IMG/VR virus record: IMGVR_UViG_2562617096_000005
DNA from: a virus
Taxonomy: Duplodnaviria; Caudoviricetes
Length of the DNA stretch: 64,000 bases
Strand: one strand, 5' to 3'
Under the pieces are notes generated by a model. That model did no database searches. It was not told where the DNA came from and saw only the letters and a list, made by a program, of their open reading frames with translations. Position numbers and translations under genes: made by a program. Below are positions 11,275-20,226 of this stretch, piece by piece; the first letter of the stretch is position 1, and the number at the start of each line of letters is the position of its first letter.

Positions 11275-11504
11275 ATTTCAATCCACTTATATATGTAGAA
11301 TGCATCAATATGATTAAAAAAATATCATTGGATTTTGAGGATTTCAATCCACTTATATATATAAAATGCATCAGATGCCAGAAAAGAAACACTGGTGGCA
11401 GATGTGATTTCAATCCACTTATATATATAAAATGCATCCTACGGATTTAAGCCTTTCCGTTGCCAAAAGTAGATTTCAATCCACTTATATATATAAAATG
11501 CATC
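11275..11504 (-). CRISPR. CRISPR mini-array 1: four 32-nt repeats, three 34-nt spacers
   Basis: Repeats at 11275, 11341, 11407 and 11473; minus strand GATGCATTTTATATATATAAGTGGATTGAAAT; the leader-distal repeat (11275) is the degenerate one. Confidence 0.93.
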
Positions 11505-11715
11505 AGCAAATATATATAAGACTTATCTATTATCATTGTGCATTTTATACATATTTGTGGTTATAAAAGCATTATCTGTTTTCGAATAATTAACATATTG
11601 CTATGATTAACTATCGTACTAACTGATTTCTTTTATCTACTTCTGGTGCGAATCTATTAAGAAATATATGTTCACTGTCTAATCGCACCAAGGTGGGGTT
11701 GAACCTCCTACCTAT
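11505..11715 (-). ncRNA. Leader / putative tracrRNA of array 1 with anti-repeat
   Basis: Anti-repeat at 11539-11560 matches 19/22 nt of the repeat; GGTGCGA...TCGCACC inverted motif; paralogous to 12067-12275. Confidence 0.65.
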
Positions 11716-11838
11716 ATTTTATATATAATATTTATAATATTTATAATATTAGTCATGTTATTTTACTTGTCTGAGATATAATAATCTTACCTATGTAAGT
11801 TCTATCTATAATTTATAGGCTACCGCCCTAGACAGGTA

Positions 11839-12066
11839 ATTTCAATACACGCATGTATGTAAATTACATCTCTATTGTTTTAAACGCTTTAGTGTACTAA
11901 AACTTATTTCAATCCTCACATATATGCAAATTACCTCGCAGCCAGAAAAAATACTGGTGGAACTTCTGATTTCAATCCGCACATATATATAAATTACCTC
12001 TAAAAAAGAGATATTCCATTTTAGCACCCCCTTGATTTCAATCCACACATATATGTAAATTACATC
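11839..12066 (-). CRISPR. CRISPR mini-array 2: four 32-nt repeats, spacers of 35, 31 and 34 nt
   Basis: Repeats at 11839, 11906, 11969 and 12035; consensus minus strand GATGTAATTTACATATATGTGTGGATTGAAAT. Confidence 0.88.
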
Positions 12067-12275
12067 AGCAAAAATACATAAATGTGACTATCATATTTTG
12101 TATAATTTACATAATGTTATGGTTATAAAAGCAATATTTTGTTTCGTATATATAGTGATAGTAATCATAGTATATATACTACTATCAAATTTCTTTTATC
12201 TACTTTAGTGCGAATTGCCATGTAATTTATGTGTACTTTATATTCGCACTTGGCGGCGTTGAACCTGCAACCATA
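12067..12275 (-). ncRNA. Leader / putative tracrRNA of array 2 with anti-repeat
   Basis: TAATTTACATA at 12103-12113 matches the array-2 repeat; AGTGCGAAT...ATTCGCACT hairpin; begins right after the nuclease stop codon. Confidence 0.65.
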
Positions 12276-12280
12276 TATTA

Positions 12281-13685
12281 TTAAGCAATAGATTTTTTAT
12301 ATTTTTTCTTTGAAATATTTAAAATATTTAAAATATTTATTGCTGCATTTATATCTCTATCATGTTGTATACCGCATTTGGGACAAATCCACTTTCTTAT
12401 TTTTGTATCTTTTACCTGAGTATTTACAAATCCACAGCTACTACATGGTTGAGTTGATTTATCGTATCTTCCGATTGCAACAACTGGAACATTATATTCT
12501 TCACCTTTTCTTTTTAACAGTGCTAAAATTTCTCCCATAGCTGCGTCTGATAAATTATTATGTTTCACTCTTGTTTTTCTTGACATTTTTCATCATATCC
12601 TTTACAGATAAATTTTCGATTCCTATAAAGCTTGACTGTCTGATAACATCTAAAACCATGTTCTCCATGTGATGTTTACGCTGTCTGGCTACTTTTCTTT
12701 CAAGCTTTGCGGCTTGTAGTTTGGTTTCCTGATAACGTTTTGATGGAAGAGTATCATGGTCAACTTTATATTTTTCTCTGAATTTAATATTTGCAAAACC
12801 TTCTCGTCTTGAAAGTTGTCTATGTAGCTGTTCTCTATGCTTTTGAACTTCGCCATGTTCTCCATTTTTAAATCTTGGATTACTATATTTTGTTCCATCA
12901 GATAAAATCATTAAATCAGTAACGCCAACATCAATTCCTATTTCTTTTTTATTATCACTGTCTTTAATAAGTTTATATACATTCTTTAAACAAATCTGTA
13001 TAAAATAATCTCCGCAGTTGTCTTTTTTAATAGTGAAGAGGTGAGCTGTACGCTTATGTAGTTCACAATATTCTTTGAATGTCATGTTGCAAGTTTCATC
13101 AAATCTTAGAATTCTAAGATAATTTTTCATTCCTCTTGCTTTGATCCGTCCAACTTTATTTAGGTTGAGATGTACTACATTGTCGTTAGTTTCATTGAAA
13201 ATAATTTTGCTTAATGTCTCCTGATACGTATAACTTCTTCTTGGATGCTTCTTTGAGTAATAAGGGGCTTTACTGCTTTCGATTGGTCGCTTTACACCTT
13301 TTCCATTTGTTTTCTTTTTCTGATTGCCTTCACTTACTTGAGCGTCTAGCCTTTTTGATAAGTCTCTTTTAAAAACTCCATTGTTACCGGATAGAGCAGA
13401 AGCAGGGATAATAGAAATACTAGGTCGTTCTTCTCTGAGTTTTTCTAAATAATCTTTTTTTATCATAGTATTAATATTTGGAAAGTGTATCTTTTGTTTG
13501 CTTTCCTTGTCTTCACGTTCAGTTGTATTTGTAAGATTAGTAAACATATCGTATACCGCTATGTTGCATGCTTTGTGAAGTTCATGAATAATGGTATCAA
13601 TAGTTTCTTTTTGAGAAGAAGTTGGGTACAATCTTAAATTAATTGTATATACAGGTAATTTTACGTACCGTTCAAACATTGTCAT
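12281..13685 (-). CDS. TnpB/Cas12f-like RNA-guided nuclease (~467 aa), split by a 1-nt frameshift at the A5 run 12586-12590
   Basis: LRLYPT N-terminus; RuvC-I GIDVG, RuvC-II GIENL, CSSC/CPKC zinc finger, RuvC-III HDRDINAAINI. Removing one A joins ORFs 12558-13685 and 12281-12586. Confidence 0.88.
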
Positions 13686-13872
13686 TTTCTCTCCTTTTAA
13701 ATTATCTATCCAATTTATTCCTCATTATACCAACTATAGATGCACCAAGAGCAGCTCCTATTGATAATGCAAAAGCTTTCCAGTCGTACAGATTTATAAT
13801 AGTGGTAAAACATGCAACTTCTAAGCAAAAACCTGCTATAAATAAAAATGTTTTCATTTTACATTTCTCCTT

Positions 13873-14220
13873 TTATTCAAATAATTCTTTTAATATTCTT
13901 GGCTTGTATTTTTTCTGTTTGGTTTTAGAGGCTTTTTCTAATTTACCATTAGCAATACTTTTTAGATTAAATCCATATATTTGACCAAGGATTTCTAATT
14001 CATTCTTAATTTCTCTACGTTCCTTTAATGTATCCTGTAGTAGCTTTGCCATTTTATATCCCTGACAGGCATTAAGCGGATGAAATTCTATATAATGGTA
14101 GATGTCAGTTATTTTCTGGTCTGCAACGGATAACTCATGGATGAGTTGTATTTTATATGCTTTAATGTTTTCTGAGTCTTTCTCTAAAGAGGAGAGTAGA
14201 CTTTTCATGTTTGACTCCAT
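13873..14220 (-). CDS. Conserved phage hypothetical protein
   Basis: DIYHYIEF...NACQGYK...RREIK...YKPR pattern. Confidence 0.7.
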   Translation of the reverse strand: MESNMKSLLSSLEKDSENIKAYKIQLIHELSVADQKITDIYHYIEFHPLNACQGYKMAKLLQDTLKERREIKNELEILGQIYGFNLKSIANGKLEKASKTKQKKYKPRILKELFE

Positions 14221-14239
14221 GTGAATACCTTTTTATTTT

Positions 14240-14563
14240 TTATTCTTCCTGCAATGTTATTTCTTCCAATGTATTTGTTGACGGATTATATTTATATGGC
14301 AATCCGTTTGGTGCGTAGTAGGGCGATGGAGCGGTTGAGCTATATTCGCTGGATATCTTCCCATTCCAGAAATACACGATATTTGTTGTTGCATCGTAGT
14401 ATAAATAGCCTTTATTTATTTTTTTAAGCTGTCCTATTCCCACTTGCATTACAGCATTTTCGTTATCAGAGCCAATGTTGATATTTGTATTGGTTTGATA
14501 ACAGCCTGTAAGTGCTGACAATGTAGCAACGAGTAACAGTGCAATCAATATTTTCTTTTTCAT
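14240..14563 (-). CDS. Putative lipoprotein
   Basis: MKKKILIALLLVATLSALTGC lipobox. Confidence 0.7.
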   Translation of the reverse strand: MKKKILIALLLVATLSALTGCYQTNTNINIGSDNENAVMQVGIGQLKKINKGYLYYDATTNIVYFWNGKISSEYSSTAPSPYYAPNGLPYKYNPSTNTLEEITLQEE

Positions 14564-14564
14564 T

Positions 14565-15251
14565 TTATTCTCCAATTTTAATAATACTGTTATATAAAAC
14601 TGTGTGCTCATCATCTATATCTTCATCAATATGGAAGTGACCAAAGTACCAATGTTTATAATCAACATTTTCTTTTATATTCTCTAAGTAGTTTGTTAGT
14701 TTATCAGGCGGTTTAATTTCTGGTATTAATTGATTAACAATTGAGGTAGGAGCAGTATGGGTAAGAATATAATCTACTTTGAAATTAGCTTTTTCTAAGT
14801 TCTTATTTGCAGTTTTATATTCTTCTGCTGAAGGCATTTCTTCAGCCCACCATGAGACACCTTCTTTCCTGAATTGCTTATCAACCGAAGCTGCTCCTCC
14901 CATAGTGAAGAAGGTTGTTCCGTCAATATTAAATATCTGACCTCTCATTAAATGCATTACTTTAGGTCTAATTTGATGCACAAATCCTCCATTCCACAGC
15001 ATAGGTTTCATTTGATTTAATAGGTTATGATTTTCGTGATTACCATCCACGAATAGAGTAGTGCATGGCTTTTCGTTTAACCAGTCAAGCCAGTAGTTTT
15101 CATCTGGTGAGTTATTCCATACTAATCCAAAATCTCCACATATAACAAGGTAATCATTAGAGGTGAGAGAGATGTTATTTTTATTTAGACTTGGTGTTGA
15201 TAGCTTGTATATATCGTAGTTTCCGTGTGTATCACCTGTTACGTAGAACAT
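14565..15251 (-). CDS. Calcineurin-like metallophosphoesterase
   Basis: GDTHG, GDFG, DGNHE, THT, GHFH motifs. Confidence 0.93.
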   Translation of the reverse strand: MFYVTGDTHGNYDIYKLSTPSLNKNNISLTSNDYLVICGDFGLVWNNSPDENYWLDWLNEKPCTTLFVDGNHENHNLLNQMKPMLWNGGFVHQIRPKVMHLMRGQIFNIDGTTFFTMGGAASVDKQFRKEGVSWWAEEMPSAEEYKTANKNLEKANFKVDYILTHTAPTSIVNQLIPEIKPPDKLTNYLENIKENVDYKHWYFGHFHIDEDIDDEHTVLYNSIIKIGE

Positions 15252-16026
15252 TATTCAATCACTCCATTCCATGAATTAAATTCTTGAATATCTTTTTCTT
15301 CTTCATTTTTATTATCTAAGTATTTTCCATAACGCTCAAAAGCTTCTTCTACTGCTGTTTTATAAGTATTATCAATTCTTTCTATGTAGTAACTTCTACT
15401 ATGAAGGCGATTGACTTTTCGAATTTTTACTTTATAGCAAAGTCCAATAAATTGACCAATATATTTGCTTATAACAACTTTGTACTTCTCATTTCGATAT
15501 ATGCATTCTTTCTTTAATGTTTTAAATGTTTTCATCAATCACTCCGTTCCATTCTTGTAAATCTTGATACAATTTTTTTGATTTCTCTTGACATAATATT
15601 ACATCTTCATACGTATGAAATATTTTTTTAATTAGGTCAGGATAGTCTGTAAACTCAGAGTAATCAGCATAGTCTCTAAATACAGGAAAAAACTTGTTTG
15701 TTTTGTATAGCTTTACTGTAATAAAGACTCCTGTTTTAATTACTGCACGATACTTTTCACCTTTATATTCTATATTCTTTTTAATTATCTTCATTGTACT
15801 GTTTCTCCAAATTTTTTTTCAGTTTTAATATATCCCCCGTACTTATGTTTCCTTTTGATAGGTGGTCATAAATGGTTTTGTTTATTTTCTTCTCTTTGCT
15901 TAAATACCAAAATAACTTATCATCTGAATCTAACATTACGAGTATTGACTCAGCTAAAACCTGATTACCGATTAACTTCGTTAAGTGTGCAATGCACACA
16001 GTAACTAGGGCATCATGGAGAGACAT
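15251..16026 (-). CDS. Three small hypothetical ORFs (15251-15538, 15522-15794, 15781-16026); the first two look paralogous
   Basis: Overlapping start/stop codons; both of the first two contain Y..EKY and end in W(N)GVI. Confidence 0.55.
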
Positions 16027-17195
16027 GGTTTACTCCTTTCAATAATGCGAGTTACTATTTTATTTTGGAGATAAGCGGGATTTATAGGGAATGTTTCATT
16101 TTCTAATATAGAAAGAATTTCTTCATCTGTAAGTTTGAAGTGTTTGCACATTTTATTTGCGGTTTCCTGTGAGAGATTTTTCATTTCGATTTTAACATCA
16201 AATCGTCCATCACGAATGAGTGCAGGGTCTAAATCTTCAATGTGGTTGGTAGTTGCAATGAAAACCGTATTTGGAATAGAGAATACACCATCAAGAAACT
16301 GGAGTAATAACTGTGCAGCTTTTTGCTGATTTTCAGTTTTGAGATTATCACGAGTAGAGAATATACAGTCAATATCTTCGAGTAGAATAATGCTTGTATC
16401 TTCATCGCAATCGTCCATTTCTATTTTTATTCGTTCTATTTGAGCTTCATTGAAATCCCCCATATTTACAACATACAGGTCTGTATTTAATTCTTTGGCA
16501 ATTGCTTTTGAGATGGAAGTCTTTCCTGTTCCGGGTGCTCCATAGAGTAGGATGCCTGTTTTATGAATAATATTTAGCTGTTCATATAAATCTCTATTTG
16601 TTTTCCACTCTTTTAAGAAGCTGCTTATATAGCTTATATCTGTATCAGAAAAGATTTCATCTAACCCCTTATTTGTTACTGATTGATAGCTTATTGCCCA
16701 ACTAGGCGTTTTTCTGTTCTTATCTAAATAAAGTGTATTAACACCTACTTTGTTATTTTGAACATAATTTTGTACATAGTTCATAGTGTTTATAAATTTG
16801 ATTTTAGCTTTAAGTGCTTCGATGCCTAAGAATGTAATGTAAAATCGGGGATAACAACCGGATAATGGATTATATACATCGGCTGTTCTGATGAACATGT
16901 AAGCGTTCATGTTGTCAATTTTTAGAAGTATAGTTTTATTGTGATTTAAATCTCCATTTTTGTTGCAGAATTTTTCAGCAGATTTTGCTGCTCTTTTTAT
17001 TGTGTTAGAAATAGTAGTGTATATCTGACGATTAGCACCAATATCTAATGTTGGATAGAAATTTTCTTTAAGTGAATTTGAGAAAAATCTCAATGTGTTG
17101 TTGGTGGCTGTTTCTAATTGTTTATTGAAAAATGCGTTTGAGATGGTACGAATTTTTCTTTGGGTGTTCGTTTTAAAAGTGTTTATTTTATTCAT
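16005..17195 (-). CDS. AAA+ ATPase (BCS1-like)
   Basis: GILLYGAPGTGKT, LLEDID, TTNH, DPALIRDGRFD. Confidence 0.92.
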   Translation of the reverse strand: MNKINTFKTNTQRKIRTISNAFFNKQLETATNNTLRFFSNSLKENFYPTLDIGANRQIYTTISNTIKRAAKSAEKFCNKNGDLNHNKTILLKIDNMNAYMFIRTADVYNPLSGCYPRFYITFLGIEALKAKIKFINTMNYVQNYVQNNKVGVNTLYLDKNRKTPSWAISYQSVTNKGLDEIFSDTDISYISSFLKEWKTNRDLYEQLNIIHKTGILLYGAPGTGKTSISKAIAKELNTDLYVVNMGDFNEAQIERIKIEMDDCDEDTSIILLEDIDCIFSTRDNLKTENQQKAAQLLLQFLDGVFSIPNTVFIATTNHIEDLDPALIRDGRFDVKIEMKNLSQETANKMCKHFKLTDEEILSILENETFPINPAYLQNKIVTRIIERSKPCLSMMP

Positions 17196-17223
17196 GATTA
17201 CGTCCTTTCTTTATTATATTGGT

Positions 17224-17252
17224 ATGCTATCACACTCTAAACGAAAAGTCAA
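17224..17252 (-). promoter_or_regulatory. sigmaA-like promoter for the leftward operon
   Basis: TTGACT-17-TAGCAT with TG extension. Confidence 0.6.
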
Positions 17253-17559
17253 TATATAAATGAAATATTATATTTTGGAGGATTTGATGTGAAGAATGAG
17301 AGAGGAGATTTAGGGGCATGAGAGATGAGCGAATGAGGGGATAATTGGGGAGATTGGAAGGGGACTAGGAAGAGTAAGGATGGTGGGAGAAAAGGGGGAA
17401 TATGGGGGTTTTAGAGGGGTTTAGAGGGTTAGAGTTTGTAGATGTACCAGCTAAGGGGTTATAGCCTGAAAAATGGTGTTTTTTGAGTTTTAAAGCACCC
17501 CCTAGACACGCAAAAAAGTAAGTAAAATACATATTTTGCAAAGAAATTTTAATTCTTGA

Positions 17560-17588
17560 TTGACTTTTTGGAAAGAGTGTGGTAATAT
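17560..17588 (+). promoter_or_regulatory. sigmaA-like promoter
   Basis: TTGACT-17-TAATAT. Confidence 0.55.
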
Positions 17589-17654
17589 AAGACCAACGAC
17601 AGGGGGACACCTCTTTTAGTTCTTCTGTTTGGCATATCGGGGAAAAAATCTTAT

Positions 17655-17729
17655 TTATCCACATTATCCACATTTCCCCAAACCAATAAATCATTAAATA
17701 ACTTCCAATTCTTATTGGAGTTATCCACA
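17655..17729 (+). promoter_or_regulatory. Three perfect DnaA boxes
   Basis: TTATCCACA at 17655, 17664 and 17721. Confidence 0.7.
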
Positions 17730-17837
17730 TTGCACTTTGATAACTTTATAAGGCTTTACACCTTGCCAAACCACACACACTGTATTATATTATAAGTAAC
17801 CATAAACAACGCTTATAATATAGAGGAGTGAGAAAGA

Positions 17838-17978
17838 ATGGGTGATTACATGACGGGAAAAGAGATAGTAAACCTAATTCGTAGACTGCGCGAAAAAGGA
17901 CTATCAAGTGATGAAATTCTGGATATTATAGAATACATTGAAACACATGAACCTAAAGAGCAAGTAAAGAGCAAGTAA
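17838..17978 (+). CDS. Small hypothetical protein (46 aa)
   Basis: GAGGAG RBS; MGDYMTGKEIVNLIRRLREKGLSSDEILDIIEYIE...; followed by a hairpin terminator. Confidence 0.6.
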   Translation: MGDYMTGKEIVNLIRRLREKGLSSDEILDIIEYIETHEPKEQVKSK

Positions 17979-18164
17979 CTAAATAACATTATTGGTTAAG
18001 GTGTAAGGTCTTATAAAATTATTAGGGTCTTGCACCTTTTTAATTTTATACTGCTATAACCGCATAGGCATTACACATAAATAAACCCTATACATATAGC
18101 AATATACCTACTCTGTATGGTATACTCTTTATATTATATTACATAATAGGAGAGGTATAAAAAC

Positions 18165-18371
18165 ATGACAAACAAAGAACTGTCAAACCTTGTAAATACT
18201 TATATTATCAATAATGGTATAAACAAAGTATTTCTAGCTGAAAAGCTGGGCATATCAAGACAAGCACTTGATAAGCTTTTAAATAAAAAGCAATTCAGCC
18301 TGGATGACGCTAACCGCATACTTAATATTATAGGATATGAAGTGTCAGAAGTATTGATAAAAAAAGTATGA
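18165..18371 (+). CDS. XRE/Cro-type HTH regulator
   Basis: LAEKLGISRQALDKLL helix-turn-helix. Confidence 0.8.
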   Translation: MTNKELSNLVNTYIINNGINKVFLAEKLGISRQALDKLLNKKQFSLDDANRILNIIGYEVSEVLIKKV

Positions 18372-18390
18372 TAAAAATAATAAAAAATGG

Positions 18391-18419
18391 TTGACAACTA
18401 CTTAAAACTGTGGTATTAT
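18391..18419 (+). promoter_or_regulatory. Strong sigmaA-like promoter ahead of a long non-coding leader
   Basis: TTGACA-17-TATTAT with TG. Confidence 0.65.
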
Positions 18420-19343
18420 AAAACCATGACAAGGAACGATACCAAATCTTGTAAAACGAACCTCTTTGTTAGGTCTAGGAATGGTAAACCCCTTGCAATA
18501 TGTAACTTGTAAACCAACACCAAAATGAAAGGAGAAAATAAGCACAAAAAAAATCAGAACCAACTAAAGATAGTCGGTTCTGACAGAAAACAGATAATAA
18601 TACCTGTATAAAAACTAGACACTTTTATTCTAGTGTATTTTATCTATTCTGTCAAGTCTGACTTATAATCCCAAACAAAAAACCTTTCCAATGAAGGAAC
18701 AACAATGCTGTATTATCCTAGATAGTATAAAACAGGTTGCGTGATAGTTGGATAGTATGCAATCCTATTAGGACTGTGCATATACAAATTTAATATAACG
18801 GATGTAGGGACTATCCAGAAAAGTCCTAAAGAGTGCAAAACATATTATATTTTATAATTGATTGCATGGCTTGACACGGCGAATAGAACAACTATTTTTA
18901 GACTTTATTCGGCGGTAGGGCAAGAGTAAACTTGCCAGAGAAAAGTAGTTTATCCTAGTTTATATTCTAGGCAGTGAACGTTGACAGATAAACGAAAAAA
19001 GCTCATTAAGAAATGCGAACCATTTCGTTAAAAATCACGCTATCACAAAAAAGCGTACTTGTTACTGAATTCATAACTCAAAAATGAGTAAACTTATAAG
19101 TAGCATACAATATATAAGAGATAGACAGTATAAACAAAGTGGCAGAGTGACAAGGTAACACTTGTACTTCTTGACGTTGGGTAACGCTAACTCGCATGAC
19201 CGTTGTTTCCCTACTGTCTATATAATCCTTTTAATGCTGGAAAGCAGTTGAAAAATCGACTGTTTTCCAGTGCTAAAAGCACAGTAACTATAATTATAAA
19301 TAATTGGCACGTCACGCCGTAAAGATGGCAGAAAGGTGATATT

Positions 19344-20153
19344 ATGACAACTTTAAACATCAATTTTTTATCTGAAAACGCTACTATTGAAATGAAAAAT
19401 GAGTTTTTCACAGCCGTAAAACATGAAGAAACATCTATGCTTATTTCCCAGAGTGAAGAAACTATTGAAAAACTTGAAAAATCTTTGAAAAAAGATGATA
19501 TTACCGAGGAAGAAATCAAAGCTTTAAAATCCAAACTGACAGCGGAAAAACAGGTATTAGAAACACTTAACACGAGTTTATTTGAAACAAAAGATACATA
19601 CAACAAAGTTATTGCTGATATGACCAAAAAGAACGAAGACCATTTCGGCAACAAACTCGAAGTAGTACGCAACGTATTGCGTGTACTGGCAACATGGGAC
19701 AACTCCAGACTTGTAAAATTCGCACTTGTAGAAACTTTTAAAGGGGAAGCTCTGCATGACGCTCTGGAAACAATCCATATCAATTCCAAATCTAATGATG
19801 ACGGCTGTCTTGTAATGAGTAAGGAAGTAAAAGAGGCATACAAGAAAGCCTCTAATGAATTAGAAAGCATTATCAAGAATACTTTCAGCTTACCTTTTGC
19901 CACATCTTACACTGACAAAACTCGTGTAAAAATGAACGCTGATGATAAAAAACTGCTTAACGATTGCTACGTTAAAGGTTTTAGAAATAAATTTAGTCAG
20001 AATGAAGCTACAGGGGTAGTAGACTTTGCCGGAAGACAGGTAAACACCTTAGTAAGAGGTAAAAAGGATAAAAAGACAGGTAAAATTACATATAACTACT
20101 CTGGATTGTATCAGACAGTATGCCAGATTGTTATGAAACACTATTTCAAATAA
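19344..20153 (+). CDS. Hypothetical early protein
   Basis: RBS, strong codon bias, followed by a hairpin. Confidence 0.75.
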   Translation: MTTLNINFLSENATIEMKNEFFTAVKHEETSMLISQSEETIEKLEKSLKKDDITEEEIKALKSKLTAEKQVLETLNTSLFETKDTYNKVIADMTKKNEDHFGNKLEVVRNVLRVLATWDNSRLVKFALVETFKGEALHDALETIHINSKSNDDGCLVMSKEVKEAYKKASNELESIIKNTFSLPFATSYTDKTRVKMNADDKKLLNDCYVKGFRNKFSQNEATGVVDFAGRQVNTLVRGKKDKKTGKITYNYSGLYQTVCQIVMKHYFK

Positions 20154-20162
20154 GTGTATAGT

Positions 20163-20192
20163 TTACGGGACTGAAAAATTTCAATCCCGTAA
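20163..20192 (+). terminator. Hairpin / putative terminator
   Basis: TTACGGGA...TCCCGTAA inverted repeat. Confidence 0.5.
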
Positions 20193-20226
20193 TAGTATAC
20201 ATTTATAAAGAAAGGGGACTTTAAAA

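Noticed and set aside
11208-11450. ORFs 11208-11450 and 11240-11437
   Set aside because: Translations of CRISPR repeats
11775-11806. Possible fifth degenerate repeat of array 2
   Set aside because: Only about 18/32 identity in AT-rich DNA; spacing fits but support is insufficient
11307-12034. Self-targeting spacers within the window
   Set aside because: No protospacer match noticed by eye; a computational search is needed
12281-13685. Ordinary IS200/IS605 insertion sequence
   Set aside because: No tnpA or clear IS ends; the downstream region is leader plus CRISPR arrays
17365-17730. ORF 17365-17730 and other antisense ORFs (e.g. 19211-19903, 61835-62254)
   Set aside because: Shadow ORFs opposite real genes or across low-complexity/DnaA-box DNA
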